A stretch of DNA of 64,000 nt from an uncultured Polyangiales bacterium (lineage in GTDB: Bacteria > Myxococcota_A > Polyangia > Polyangiales > GCA-016699535): assembly GCA_964640175.1 (NCBI GenBank), contig CAZXFW010000002.1, positions 70,257 through 134,256 of the forward strand, read 5' to 3'. This document shows, one piece after another, positions 10,007 to 20,073 of this stretch. Numbering within the stretch: position 1 is the first letter of the stretch; each line of letters starts with the position of its first letter. A program made the translations under genes and the position numbers. The notes below the pieces were generated by a model, which did no database searches, was not told where the DNA came from, and saw nothing but the letters and a program-made list of their open reading frames with translations.

Positions 10007-10843
10007 TTAGCGTCCAGTCGCCAAGCGGAGCCACGAGACAAGTAGCGTTTTGTCAGGCTCTCGACGCGCATCACAGGAATGAACCAACATAAACCCTTCG
10101 TCGGGACGCGAACCTGGCCCTTGAAGCGCTTCGACATCAAATTGCGATGCGTGCGCATGCAACAATGTCAAGCGCTCAGAGACCTCGACCCGCACGCTCA
10201 TGTCTGGCTTCATGTCTTTGGGAGCAAAAGACCACCGTTCATGAGGAGTGCACTGTGGTAACTTCGAAAGGGCTCGCTCAACAAGCATACCTATCGCCCG
10301 ATGATGTCCATGTTTCGTCCCGGAAGGATCATCGCGTACGTCCATGCTGAGCACCACACGGGGTCGATAGGCTAAGACTGTATCTCGAATCCTGTGCTCA
10401 ATGGTCCTGAGCCCACCAGGCACGTGTGCCTGCCAATACGCCAACGTGTGTTCAGGCGATGTGGTGAACTCAAAATCCAAGCCGTCATCCGCCTTAAATA
10501 AATAAAGCAGATCTGCATGAAGCTGACGCGCCACATGGTGCAATTCCCGATCTCGGATGCGAGCCACTTTCCATCTAGGTTGATCTCGCACTTCGACCAT
10601 TTCTCCTTCGTTTCCACGAAGCAAGAGCATTCCCCCTTCCCCATGCGTCAAAACGGCAAGCACGATCTTGCGTTGTTGGTCGCGCAAGTAGGACAGGATC
10701 CCTCCCGCATACATCGATTCATCGTCTGGATGGGCCGTGAAGACAAGGACGTCCGCACGCCTACTTGATGAACGGACAGACGAAGCACTACTGCTACACG
10801 CTGTAAGCAATGCAAGCACTGCCCACAACGGCCTGTGAATCAA
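10007..10843 (-). CDS. PIG-L/LmbE family deacetylase, predicted lipoprotein
   Basis: 278 aa. 'VLVFTAHPDDESMYAGG' zinc-site motif. Signal with lipobox (ALLTACSS). TTG start overlaps the nuoI stop (TTGA). Confidence 0.7.
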   Translation of the reverse strand: MIHRPLWAVLALLTACSSSASSVRSSSRRADVLVFTAHPDDESMYAGGILSYLRDQQRKIVLAVLTHGEGGMLLLRGNEGEMVEVRDQPRWKVARIRDRELHHVARQLHADLLYLFKADDGLDFEFTTSPEHTLAYWQAHVPGGLRTIEHRIRDTVLAYRPRVVLSMDVRDDPSGTKHGHHRAIGMLVERALSKLPQCTPHERWSFAPKDMKPDMSVRVEVSERLTLLHAHASQFDVEALQGPGSRPDEGFMLVHSCDARREPDKTLLVSWLRLATGR

Positions 10844-11427
10844 TGCCCGCCAGCCTCTCGATCGATGCCCGGATGAGTCGGATCGCCTGGTTCATGCCTG
10901 GGGTTGGCACTTTGGAAGGAACCGTCTTGACCGGGGATTGCCATCAGCATGGCCTTATCAAAAATAAAATGCGCGCGCTCGGTGGAGGCTGGCACATGCA
11001 TTCCTGTATCCATTCGAATGGCATCGCACGGACAGGCTTCCACACAGTAACCACAAAAGATGCATCGCAGCTCGTCAATCACAAACACCCTTGGGTAGCG
11101 CTCATACCCATGTCGAGGGTCTTCTGGCGGATATTCCGAAGCTTCGATGTGAATACACTGCGCTGGACACGCCGTACTACAACACAAACATGCGACACAA
11201 CGTGGAGAACCGTCAGCACGATGAGTGAGCCGATGAACGCCGCGGAAACGCTCGGGATACACCCGCGTTTCTTCGGGATAGTGAACCGTATCGATGTCAC
11301 CACTTTCTCGACTCAAGAGCGTGTTTTTAAAAAATCGCTGCATGGTCAACAACAAACCCTTCGCGATTTCAGGCACATAGGCTTGATCAGCCAGCGATGG
11401 AGCAGGTTTATTAATCAATTTTGCCAT
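10840..11427 (-). CDS. nuoI: NADH-quinone oxidoreductase subunit I
   Basis: Two 4Fe-4S ferredoxin motifs, 'CVACLCCSTACP' and 'CIFCGYCVEACP'. Position follows nuoH. Confidence 0.9.
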   Translation of the reverse strand: MAKLINKPAPSLADQAYVPEIAKGLLLTMQRFFKNTLLSRESGDIDTVHYPEETRVYPERFRGVHRLTHRADGSPRCVACLCCSTACPAQCIHIEASEYPPEDPRHGYERYPRVFVIDELRCIFCGYCVEACPCDAIRMDTGMHVPASTERAHFIFDKAMLMAIPGQDGSFQSANPRHEPGDPTHPGIDREAGGH

Positions 11428-11430
11428 GCA

Positions 11431-12612
11431 CTAACTTCCCTTTATGGCCAATATCACCAAACCAGTGATGAAAATGTTCATCAATGCCAAAGGCAAAAGG
11501 CCCTTCCAACAGAGTTCCATGATTTGATCGTAACGAAACCGAGGCAGCGTCCAGCGAATCATAAGTTGAAACCATATGAGCGTGGTAACTTTGAAGAGAA
11601 AGACACCCACACTTAAGGCTGTCACCACCAGATGCGGCATTGCTAAACGCCATCCCCAGATATCCAGCCCTGCAGGCGTCAGCCCAGGCAAATGGTAGCC
11701 ACCAAAGAAAATCGTGACGAGCAATGCAGCGGTTAACACCACTTCAATAAACTCACCCGTAAAAAACATACCAAATTTCATGCCAGAATATTCGGTATGG
11801 TACCCGCCAACGATTTCACTTTCTCCTTCAGGCACATCAAAGGGAATACGTTTCGATTCTGCAATGGCGGCGGTAAAAAACAGAACAAACCCTAAGGGCT
11901 GCACAAAAATGCCCCAAAGAGGCAGCGCTCCCCACCGATGGCTCACTTGCCACGCCACCATGTCCTCAAGCCGTAAAGACCCGTAGATCATGAAGCAGCC
12001 GACTAACGTCAAACCCAGCGCAACTTCATAGCTCACAAGTTGCCCTGCCGCCCGCAATCCACCGAGCAGCGAAAACTTGTTGTCACTGGCATAGCCTCCC
12101 ACGGCTGCTCCGACAACACCCGTTCCTGCAACGGCAAAGACAAACAGAATGCCCACATTGAGTGACGCCACTTGCAGCGGAACCATGGGGCCAGACAATC
12201 CTTGAAAAGGATGCTCGAAGCTTAGCATATCCCACCAGTGCCCTGGGTAAAATGCACCGCCAAAAGGAATCACTGCAAACGCCAAGATGGCAGGCACGAC
12301 GGTAATAATGGGCGCAAATGCATGTAGGAATCGATCCGCACGGGGCGGAACGAAGTCTTCTTTCCAGATCATTTTGATGGCATCAGCGGCAGGATGCAGC
12401 AATCCTGCCAACCGAATGTTCCAACGGATGCGTTTACCAAACCAGCTGAACTCCAAAGGAATTCCTGCCCGAACGGGTCCGATGCGGTCTTGAATCATCG
12501 CGCTTTGACGACGCTCTGCCCACACCAATATGGGTGCAAACGCACCCACAACGACAATTAACACAAACAACATCTTGCCGGTGGTCCATATCGCCAGTTC
12601 AGCCAGACTCAT
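11431..12612 (-). CDS. nuoH: NADH-quinone oxidoreductase subunit H
   Basis: 393-aa polytopic membrane protein. Contains 'AERRQSAMIQDRIGP', 'AESKRIPFD' and 'EGESEIVGGYHTEYSGMKF'. Confidence 0.92.
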   Translation of the reverse strand: MSLAELAIWTTGKMLFVLIVVVGAFAPILVWAERRQSAMIQDRIGPVRAGIPLEFSWFGKRIRWNIRLAGLLHPAADAIKMIWKEDFVPPRADRFLHAFAPIITVVPAILAFAVIPFGGAFYPGHWWDMLSFEHPFQGLSGPMVPLQVASLNVGILFVFAVAGTGVVGAAVGGYASDNKFSLLGGLRAAGQLVSYEVALGLTLVGCFMIYGSLRLEDMVAWQVSHRWGALPLWGIFVQPLGFVLFFTAAIAESKRIPFDVPEGESEIVGGYHTEYSGMKFGMFFTGEFIEVVLTAALLVTIFFGGYHLPGLTPAGLDIWGWRLAMPHLVVTALSVGVFLFKVTTLIWFQLMIRWTLPRFRYDQIMELCWKGLLPLALMNIFITGLVILAIKGS

Positions 12613-14210
12613 GCAAACACCTGCGTATCTGCCGCAAGCGTATGCGTACGCGACTCAATAACCGCTTGGTTCAAATCCTGAAACCTCGTGTAGTTTAACT
12701 CAAATCCCATGCTGGCTGCTAAGTTAACTAATGTTAGCCATGCTGGTTCGATACCGATGGGTGGCGGCACAGCTCTTTTAAAATGCTGGGTCATTCCCTT
12801 GGCATTCACAAAACTTCCATACATTTCCGCATGAGTGGCAACAGGAATTTGCACTGTGGCAGACGACGCAAACGCTCCTGGATGAGTCGTGAGGTTAACG
12901 AGCGTGCGCAACGCACTCAACGCCTCAAGCACTTTTTCATTGGGCTCGGCAGCCCACCCTAGCACGATAGCGCCTTCTACCTTGCCGCTCTTAATATCCT
13001 CTGCAAGCTGTGCCAACGTTCCTGGCGGTTTTGACGCACATTGTTGTGCCCCTGCACGATTGGGATTGTTGTCACTGTCACGCAAAATGGCATCCCCACG
13101 CCAGCCGCCCAATGCGGCAAGATAAACTAACCCGTTTTTAAAGTGTTTTTCCGCCAACGCAGCCAACACAAAATTATCTTCCGTGGGGTGCTGCGCACTC
13201 AAAACCACAGCAATCTTGGAAAGATCCATTCCGCGCAGCTGCTCCGAAGCCGTGCTCAAAGCTTCTTGCATGGTCACGTTTGTTAATGCCTCTTCCTGAC
13301 GGATCGTTGCATGAAGCAACCTGCCTTCATGAAAATGCTTGTAAGTCATCATGCCGTCGTCACACATCCAGAATCGATTAACCCGCTCGTTGTCACGAGG
13401 GCGCAATCGATAAATCCGTTGGTTACGCGGATCAAAATCAATATGCATGTTACAGCCTGTTGCGCATCCATGACAGACGCTCGGCGCGCTGCGTAGAAAC
13501 CACACCCTCGCCTTGAAACGAAAATCACGACTCGTGAGCGAGCCTACCGGACACACATGCTCTGTCATCAAGGTGTAATCATGATCGAGTTCTCGCCCAG
13601 GACTCAGCACAATTTCATTCTTGTTGCCACGCTCACGCATATCCAACACATGGTCCCCCACCACTTCTTCGCAAAAGCGGACACAACGCGTGCACATCAC
13701 GCAACGCTCGGCATCGTATACAATGGTCGGACCAAATCGAACCGCTTTAGGCTTATGCACCGGTTCCGTGCGCTTTCGCTTTAACGTGCCCTGGTGCTCG
13801 TACCAATAGTCTTGCAGTTTACATTCACCTGACTGGTCACAAATGGGACAGTCAACCGGATGATTGAGCAACAAAAGCTCGTGAGTTGAATGCTGCGCCT
13901 GTTGCGCGTACTGGCTTGTGGAGTTGCATACCTCCATGCCTTCCGCAGCCGCCTGTTGACACGCTGGCACAAGCTTAGGCTTGGTATCAGGAACATAGGC
14001 CTGCTTTGCATCGTCCCACTTCAAAATCGGCATAGCGATAGGACGCTCTGCTTTAACCTCCACAAGGCACATCCGACAGTTGGCAGCCACCGAAAGCCCT
14101 GGATGCCAACAGTAGTGAGGAATATCAATGCCTTGACGCCACGCAGCTCGAATGATCGTATCGCCTGGCTCAAAAGAAATGTCTCTACCGTCTAGTTTGA
14201 AAGTGGGCAT
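12609..14210 (-). CDS. nuoG: NADH-quinone oxidoreductase subunit G (short form, 533 aa)
   Basis: N-terminal 2Fe-2S region ('CWHPGLSVAANCRMCLVEV'), the His-ligated cluster motif 'HPVDCPICDQSGECKLQD', and 'CVMCTRCVRFC'. Confidence 0.88.
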   Translation of the reverse strand: MPTFKLDGRDISFEPGDTIIRAAWRQGIDIPHYCWHPGLSVAANCRMCLVEVKAERPIAMPILKWDDAKQAYVPDTKPKLVPACQQAAAEGMEVCNSTSQYAQQAQHSTHELLLLNHPVDCPICDQSGECKLQDYWYEHQGTLKRKRTEPVHKPKAVRFGPTIVYDAERCVMCTRCVRFCEEVVGDHVLDMRERGNKNEIVLSPGRELDHDYTLMTEHVCPVGSLTSRDFRFKARVWFLRSAPSVCHGCATGCNMHIDFDPRNQRIYRLRPRDNERVNRFWMCDDGMMTYKHFHEGRLLHATIRQEEALTNVTMQEALSTASEQLRGMDLSKIAVVLSAQHPTEDNFVLAALAEKHFKNGLVYLAALGGWRGDAILRDSDNNPNRAGAQQCASKPPGTLAQLAEDIKSGKVEGAIVLGWAAEPNEKVLEALSALRTLVNLTTHPGAFASSATVQIPVATHAEMYGSFVNAKGMTQHFKRAVPPPIGIEPAWLTLVNLAASMGFELNYTRFQDLNQAVIESRTHTLAADTQVFA

Positions 14211-14232
14211 GAATGTTCTCTGTCAATAAGGA

Positions 14233-15441
14233 TCAGCGATCACACTCTCCACCGATCATGTTGATGGAGCCGAACGTTGGAACGATGTCTGCCAACATAT
14301 CGCCTTTGATCATGTCAGCACATGCAGTGAGATTGTAAAAACAGGGTGGCCGACACCGTACGCGGTACGGCGTGCCGCTTCCGTCAGAAACAATATAAAA
14401 GCCTAGCTCGCCATTGCCTCCTTCGGTGTAACCATACACCGCTCCTTTGGGCAGTTTCTGACCTTCCATAACCAACTTAAAGTGGGCAATGGTTGCCTCA
14501 ATCGTCGTGTAAACCTCGCGCTTAGGAGGATAGACAAGCCGTGGGTCGTCGACACTGACAGGCCCATCGTCGGGCATTTGGGTCATGGCTTGTTGGATGA
14601 TGCGAATCGACTGACGAATTTCCTCAAAGCGCACCATAAAACGATCGTAGTTGTCCCCGTCATGGCCAATGGGCACTTCAAAATCAAACCGATTGTAAAG
14701 CATGTAAGGATGCGCCTTACGGACGTCGTAATCCACGCCAGTTGACCTTAAGACGGGACCCGTGACCCCAAATGAAAGTGCGTCTTTCTGACTCAGCACT
14801 CCAATGCCTTGGGTGCGATCCACAAAAATCCGATTATGCAGCAACAGCGCTTCTGTTTCCTTTAACACACGCTCAATCTGTGGAATGATATCGCGCACAT
14901 CTTGCTTAAATGTGGATGTCGGCGGCGCAGCCAGCCCCCCCACACGACCAAAGCTGTGTGTCATGCGAGCGCCAGTTTCCCGCTCTAAAATATCCCACAC
15001 CCACTCGCGCACTTTAAGTAGCCACAAGAACGGAGTAAACGCACCAAGCTCCATGGCTGAAGCACCGTTGCATGTGATGTGATCGGTAATGCGCGCAAGC
15101 TCTCCCAGCAACACGCGATAATATTGTCCTCGTTCGGGGACTTCAATGCCTGCAAGCTTTTCTGCTGCCAATGCAAATCCGACATTGTTCAACATGGGCG
15201 AGACATAGTTAAGCCGATCGGTATAAGGAAACACCTGATTCCACGTGCCTCGCTCGCAGGACTTTTCAAACCCGCGGTGCAAGTAGCCCGGCTGAACATC
15301 AACCTCCATCACCGTTTCACCATCCAGGGTCAAATCCATACGAATGGTGCCATGCATGGCGGGATGGGAAGGCCCCAAACTAAGCTGCATCGGTTCGCTG
15401 GGTAAGTCTAAACTTACATCGTTTAAATCTGCTGGCTCCAT
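14233..15441 (-). CDS. nuoD: NADH-quinone oxidoreductase subunit D
   Basis: 402 aa. Contains 'LSLGPSHPAMHGT', 'GYLHRGFEK', 'RVRCRPPCFYNL' and a C-terminal 'GECDR'. Confidence 0.93.
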   Translation of the reverse strand: MEPADLNDVSLDLPSEPMQLSLGPSHPAMHGTIRMDLTLDGETVMEVDVQPGYLHRGFEKSCERGTWNQVFPYTDRLNYVSPMLNNVGFALAAEKLAGIEVPERGQYYRVLLGELARITDHITCNGASAMELGAFTPFLWLLKVREWVWDILERETGARMTHSFGRVGGLAAPPTSTFKQDVRDIIPQIERVLKETEALLLHNRIFVDRTQGIGVLSQKDALSFGVTGPVLRSTGVDYDVRKAHPYMLYNRFDFEVPIGHDGDNYDRFMVRFEEIRQSIRIIQQAMTQMPDDGPVSVDDPRLVYPPKREVYTTIEATIAHFKLVMEGQKLPKGAVYGYTEGGNGELGFYIVSDGSGTPYRVRCRPPCFYNLTACADMIKGDMLADIVPTFGSINMIGGECDR

Positions 15442-15444
15442 GCG

Positions 15445-16137
15445 CTATGACCCCTCGTGCTTCGTTGCACGCTGCACGCCTTCTTTAGATTCAGCTGTGC
15501 CGGGGTCGGTCAACGAGCGACGTTGCCCCTGAGCAAGTGCGATGGCAGGCGAAACCTGGCGATTTTCACCTTGCAGTCGTTTGATCCAATCGATGCGGTT
15601 CCAAGGTTGCCCCTCTTCAGGCCCAAACGGCGGAAGTTTGCTTGTGCCTTCCACTCGACGATAGGGCACCAAAGGTTGGGTGCGTTCGATGGGATAGTCT
15701 TTACGCAACGGATGTCCCACAAACTCTTCATACAAGAGAATACGGCGCAAATCGGGATGATCCTTAAAGCGAATGCCGAACATGTCGTATACTTCGCGCT
15801 CGCCCCAATCGGCGCCCCGCCATACACTGACCAGCGAATCAATCACATCATCCTCGGCGCAACGAGTTTTGACGCGAATACGATGGCCGTGCTCGGTCGA
15901 CCGCACCATGAGTAGCACATCAAAACGTGGCAACGTGGGAGTTCGCTCCAGATAATCGACCGCAGTAATATCTACAAACTGGTTCATCGCACACTCTGCG
16001 TCATCGCGTAAAAACATCGCGACAGCTCTCCAGTCTGACGAAGACACTGTCACTTCGTCATCACCGCGAAATGCATCGGTTGCCAAAATTTTTTCAGCAA
16101 ACTGTGTTTTAAGGCGCTGCACGATGCGTTCACTCAT
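15445..16137 (-). CDS. nuoC: NADH-quinone oxidoreductase subunit C
   Basis: 230 aa. Contains 'ADWGEREVYDMFGIRFKDHPDLRRILL'. Lies between nuoB and nuoD. Confidence 0.9.
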   Translation of the reverse strand: MSERIVQRLKTQFAEKILATDAFRGDDEVTVSSSDWRAVAMFLRDDAECAMNQFVDITAVDYLERTPTLPRFDVLLMVRSTEHGHRIRVKTRCAEDDVIDSLVSVWRGADWGEREVYDMFGIRFKDHPDLRRILLYEEFVGHPLRKDYPIERTQPLVPYRRVEGTSKLPPFGPEEGQPWNRIDWIKRLQGENRQVSPAIALAQGQRRSLTDPGTAESKEGVQRATKHEGS

Positions 16138-16718
16138 GAATGTGGCTCCGTGGGTAACGAAGTCCCTTTTCGCAACTGCATCAACTGCTCAGGCAGCTCG
16201 CGTGGTGGAACGACCAACGCCTCCGTACGCCCTCCATGGGTGATCTTCTCTTGAAGCAACATCAAGCCATCCAGCACAGCTTCCGGCCTTGGCGGACAGC
16301 CAGGAATCAAGACATCCACGGGAATGATTTTGTCGATGCCTGGCACCGTGGTGTAGTTGTCATAAAAGCCACCACACGATGCGCATGTCCCAAACGCAAT
16401 CACCCATTTTGGCTCTGCCATTTGATCGTAGATGCGCTTGAGCACGGGGGCTTGTCGTTGGCTGATGGTGCCCACCACCCATAATAAATCAGCCTGCCTT
16501 GGGCTAAACCGAGGCGCTTCCGCGCCAAACCGCGCGATGTCGTACCGTGGGGCGGCCGTGGCCATAAACTCCATACCGCAGCATGCCGTCGCAAAGGGAT
16601 ACTGAAAAAGCGAGTATTTGCGAGCCCACGCCAGCAACGCATCAAAACGTGTCAAGCCGTAGCCAAGCTCACCGGTCTTTACACTCAGCGCTCCCATTCC
16701 AGAGCCCCTTTTCTCCAT
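16134..16718 (-). CDS. nuoB: NADH-quinone oxidoreductase subunit B
   Basis: Contains 'FATACCGMEF', 'GTCASCGG' and 'IPGCPPRPEA' (N2 cluster ligands). The true start may be the internal Met (MGALSVK) at 16697. Confidence 0.92.
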   Translation of the reverse strand: MEKRGSGMGALSVKTGELGYGLTRFDALLAWARKYSLFQYPFATACCGMEFMATAAPRYDIARFGAEAPRFSPRQADLLWVVGTISQRQAPVLKRIYDQMAEPKWVIAFGTCASCGGFYDNYTTVPGIDKIIPVDVLIPGCPPRPEAVLDGLMLLQEKITHGGRTEALVVPPRELPEQLMQLRKGTSLPTEPHS

Positions 16719-17044
16719 GCATATACGAGCGCTAAGCCCAGAATCACTAAAAACGTCACCATTTCAACAAATCCAAACCATCCAAGCGTCTGAAACGCTG
16801 CTGCCCACGGATACAAAAACACGGCCTCTACGTCGAATACAACAAATAAAATGGCGGTCAAAAAGAACTTAACCGAAAGCCGCACATCCTTGGCCCCGGA
16901 CGAAACCCACCCACTTTCGTAAGGCATGGCCTTTTGAGGGGTCATATTCTTTGGACCAAGCAGCGACGTCGCCAAAAACATGCCCACAGCGACCAGCATC
17001 GCCAATGCTAGCATCATGATAACAGGCAAATACGTGGCAAGCAT
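16685..17044 (-). CDS. nuoA: NADH-quinone oxidoreductase subunit A
   Basis: 119 aa, 3 TM. Contains 'PYESG' and 'FDVEAVFLYPWA'. Confidence 0.9.
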   Translation of the reverse strand: MLATYLPVIMMLALAMLVAVGMFLATSLLGPKNMTPQKAMPYESGWVSSGAKDVRLSVKFFLTAILFVVFDVEAVFLYPWAAAFQTLGWFGFVEMVTFLVILGLALVYAWRKGALEWER

Positions 17045-17123
17045 TGCTGGGGGTTTTAGTGCCCACCTTCCGCCCTGTCAACGAAGGAACGAAGGAAGAG
17101 CTACCTTTGGAGCGCCCTGGGCT

Positions 17124-18443
17124 TCAGCGTTGCGAAAGCAACGCCTCCAGTTCATAGGGCCGCTTGGGGATATCGCCGCTCAATACATCGGCACCCTGGG
17201 GGGTCACCAACACGTCATCCTCGATGCGAATCCCGATCCCTCTATACTCACCGCCCTGGGCATATTCAGGGGGGACATACAACCCAGGCTCTACCGTCAA
17301 AACGTACCCGGGCTGAAGTTTGATAGGCCCTTCTTCATCCGCATAACTCCCCACATCGTGAACATCCATACCTAACCAGTGGGAGGTACGATGCATGTAA
17401 AACGGACGATAACTACCCTGCTCCCGTACCTCTTGGGGCGAACCTTGGCACAAACCCACTGAAATCAACCCCTCGATGAGCACCTCCAACGCTGCGTCGT
17501 GGATGTTTTCCAGAGTGCTCCCAGGCTTGACTTCATCGATCGCTGCCTGTTGAGCTGCAAGCACGATGTCGTAAAGTGTTCGCTGCGGTTTACTAAAGGA
17601 CCCATTCACCGGAAAGGTGCGTGTAATATCCGAGGCGTAGTATTCCCACTCACACCCCGCATCGATCAGCAATAAATCCCCATCTTTCAGGCGTTGATTG
17701 TTGGCTCGATAATGAAGCACTGTGGCATTGCTTCCAGCGCCTACGATGCATCCATACGCAGGACGCACACTTCCATGCGCCCGAAAGGTCCGGAGTAGCT
17801 CCGCTTCAACTTCATATTCCCAAGCTCCTGGTCTTGCTGTCTTGAGCGCATTGAGGTGCGCATCCTTCGTAATCTTCAGAGCATGGCGCATGAGATCGAC
17901 TTCGCCTGCTGTTTTAACCATGCGAAGCGCATGCAGCGTCGTGCTTGGATCAACGATTTCCGTGGGCACCGTAACCCCTCTTCGCGCCTGCATCCGCAAT
18001 TGATCGAGTAATTTCAGCAAAGTAGACGTAAAATCTCGATCCCATCCCAAATGAACATGGAGCCGTTGGACACCCTTAAGGTACTCAGGAAGACGCTGAG
18101 CAAGCTCTTCGATAGGATACGCAACGTCAGCCCCAAAGTGCTCGACTGCCCCCTCTAGGCCTGCCCTGGAGCCATCCCAACGGGCGCGTTCGGGATTGGA
18201 CGGCTCGACAAACAGCACCATGCGATGGGTGGGATGCTCGCTCGTTAACACCAGCAGGCAATTGGGCTCGTCAAAACCACTTAAGTAGTAAAGGTCACTG
18301 TCTTGGCGGTATTCGTGCAGCACGTCATTGTTACGAAGGGCCACAGGCGCGGCAGGAAAAAGCGCGACGCCCTTTCCGATGGCATCCATAAATGCCGTCC
18401 GGCGCTCTTTGAAGGTCTCTCTTGTCGGATAAGGCAATCGCAT
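17124..18443 (-). CDS. pepP: Xaa-Pro aminopeptidase (M24B)
   Basis: 439 aa. AMP_N block 'YRQDSDLYYLSGFDEP' and metal-site blocks 'LLIDAGCEWEYYASDITRT', 'HWLGMDVHD' and 'VEPGLY'. Confidence 0.88.
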   Translation of the reverse strand: MRLPYPTRETFKERRTAFMDAIGKGVALFPAAPVALRNNDVLHEYRQDSDLYYLSGFDEPNCLLVLTSEHPTHRMVLFVEPSNPERARWDGSRAGLEGAVEHFGADVAYPIEELAQRLPEYLKGVQRLHVHLGWDRDFTSTLLKLLDQLRMQARRGVTVPTEIVDPSTTLHALRMVKTAGEVDLMRHALKITKDAHLNALKTARPGAWEYEVEAELLRTFRAHGSVRPAYGCIVGAGSNATVLHYRANNQRLKDGDLLLIDAGCEWEYYASDITRTFPVNGSFSKPQRTLYDIVLAAQQAAIDEVKPGSTLENIHDAALEVLIEGLISVGLCQGSPQEVREQGSYRPFYMHRTSHWLGMDVHDVGSYADEEGPIKLQPGYVLTVEPGLYVPPEYAQGGEYRGIGIRIEDDVLVTPQGADVLSGDIPKRPYELEALLSQR

Positions 18444-18589
18444 GCGCCTAGCTTAGCAGCTCCTGAGGCTCTGAAACAGCGTGCCGACGTGATGCGCGAG
18501 TGTCCGTCCGAAGAGCGCCCGGGACACGGCTGTGCTGAGGCGTAGGATAAGGTATGCTCACACACTGCCTGCACAAAGGGGGGAATTGA

Positions 18590-19408
18590 ATGGTGGCCAA
18601 GTCAGACGCAATCACGTTCATCGGTGCTGGAAACATGGCCACTGCTTTGATCGAAGGCCTGCTTGCCTCCGGAACCTGCCAGCCCGATGCCATTACCGCC
18701 ACAGACGTGCGCACGGACGCCTTGGCCGCGCTGAAAGAACGGCTTGGTATTCACACCGCTTCTCATAACGATCACGCAGTCCGCCAGGCACGTTGCGTGG
18801 TCATCGCCGTCAAACCCCAGCAAGTCGTCGATGTGCTTACAGAGTTTGCCCCTCATCTGCCTAAGGAAGCCGTGGTGGTATCGATTGCTGCCGGGGTGCG
18901 TCTTCAGACATTGGCAGAGAAACTTCCACCCCAGACGGCGATTGTCCGCGCCATGCCGAACACTCCGGCACTGGTACGTCAGGGTGCAACCGCAGTAGCG
19001 GCAGGAGCCTTTGCTTCCGAAGCCGACCTTATGCTCGCCCGCCGCCTGTTCGAAAGCGTAGGACTTTGCGTCGAAGTACGCGAAGAAGCGCTGGACGCTG
19101 TCACTGCGCTAAGCGGCTCGGGCCCTGCTTACACCTTCCGATTTATTGAAATACTTATACAAGGAGGCGTCGCAGCCGGACTCTCTGCTGACACGGCACA
19201 CACACTAGCGCTTCAGACGGTACTGGGAGCTGCACAGCTTTTAAGAGTGACTGGCAAAAGCCCAGAAACGTTACGCAATGAAGTCACGAGCCCCGGAGGA
19301 ACCACGCTTGCCGGATTGGACGCCCTCGCGCACCATGGCTTTGAGGCATCGGTGCTGGCAGCCCTAAGCGCAGCCGAGCAGCGCTCACGCGAACTTGGCA
19401 AGCGTTAA
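18590..19408 (+). CDS. proC: pyrroline-5-carboxylate reductase
   Basis: 272 aa. Rossmann 'ITFIGAGNMATALIEGL', plus 'MPNTPALV' and 'VTSPGGTT'. Confidence 0.92.
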   Translation: MVAKSDAITFIGAGNMATALIEGLLASGTCQPDAITATDVRTDALAALKERLGIHTASHNDHAVRQARCVVIAVKPQQVVDVLTEFAPHLPKEAVVVSIAAGVRLQTLAEKLPPQTAIVRAMPNTPALVRQGATAVAAGAFASEADLMLARRLFESVGLCVEVREEALDAVTALSGSGPAYTFRFIEILIQGGVAAGLSADTAHTLALQTVLGAAQLLRVTGKSPETLRNEVTSPGGTTLAGLDALAHHGFEASVLAALSAAEQRSRELGKR

Positions 19409-20073
19409 GGCCGCGAACCAAAAAGCACGCTCCCTACACGCACGATCGTAGCCCCTTCCTCAATCGCAATCGCATAGTCCGCGCTCATTCCCATCGAAAG
19501 TTCAGCGAGCCCATACTGCTGCCCAAGCTCATAAAGCCGCCTGAAATATACCCGCACGACCTCGGGCGGTTCATTCGGGGGCACCAGCATCAGCCCCTGA
19601 AGATGGACATGCTTCAATTGTGCAGCATGGTGAATCAGCTCCGGCAATTCTTGAACGCTACAGCCAGACTTTTGAGCTTCCTCTGCCACGTTCACTTGAA
19701 TCAGTATGGGTACACACCGTTCCAGCCCTTGCGCGACGCTCTCAATGCGTTCCAATAACGCGATGGAGTTCACTGTCTGAATGCTCGTCGCAAGGCCGAG
19801 CGCCAACTTGACTTTATTGCGCTGCATAGGCCCGATGACATGCCAGCGAAGGTCTTTTAACTCCGCAAGCTCATCTGCTTTATGGTTCAGCTCCTGAATG
19901 TAGTTTTCACCAAAATCACGTAGCCCCAAAGCATAGGCCTGCCGCACAGCCTCTGCCGGATGTCCTTTGCTCACCGCCATCAGACGCACACTCCCTAGAG
20001 GGCGACCAACCTGTGTGCATACACGGTCGATGTGCGAACGGACGCGATCAAGACTTGCCTGGTCTATGGCCAT
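19405..20073 (-). CDS. yggS: YggS family pyridoxal-phosphate homeostasis protein
   Basis: 222 aa. Contains 'LMAVSKGHP', 'FGENYIQE', 'WHVIGPMQRNK', 'LSMGMSADY' and 'VRVGSVLFG'. Confidence 0.9.
   Translation of the reverse strand: MAIDQASLDRVRSHIDRVCTQVGRPLGSVRLMAVSKGHPAEAVRQAYALGLRDFGENYIQELNHKADELAELKDLRWHVIGPMQRNKVKLALGLATSIQTVNSIALLERIESVAQGLERCVPILIQVNVAEEAQKSGCSVQELPELIHHAAQLKHVHLQGLMLVPPNEPPEVVRVYFRRLYELGQQYGLAELSMGMSADYAIAIEEGATIVRVGSVLFGSRP

Noticed and set aside
9981-10034. N-terminal 18-codon extension of the PLP enzyme ORF
   Set aside because: It overlaps the PIG-L gene by 28 nt. The conserved Cys/Met-family N-terminus begins after the internal Met (MDAKTPI).
10810-11616. 268-aa + strand ORF opposite nuoI/nuoH
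   Set aside because: It lies entirely antisense to two strongly supported nuo genes. Its composition is low-complexity and Arg/Thr/His-rich, typical of a shadow ORF in GC-biased coding DNA.
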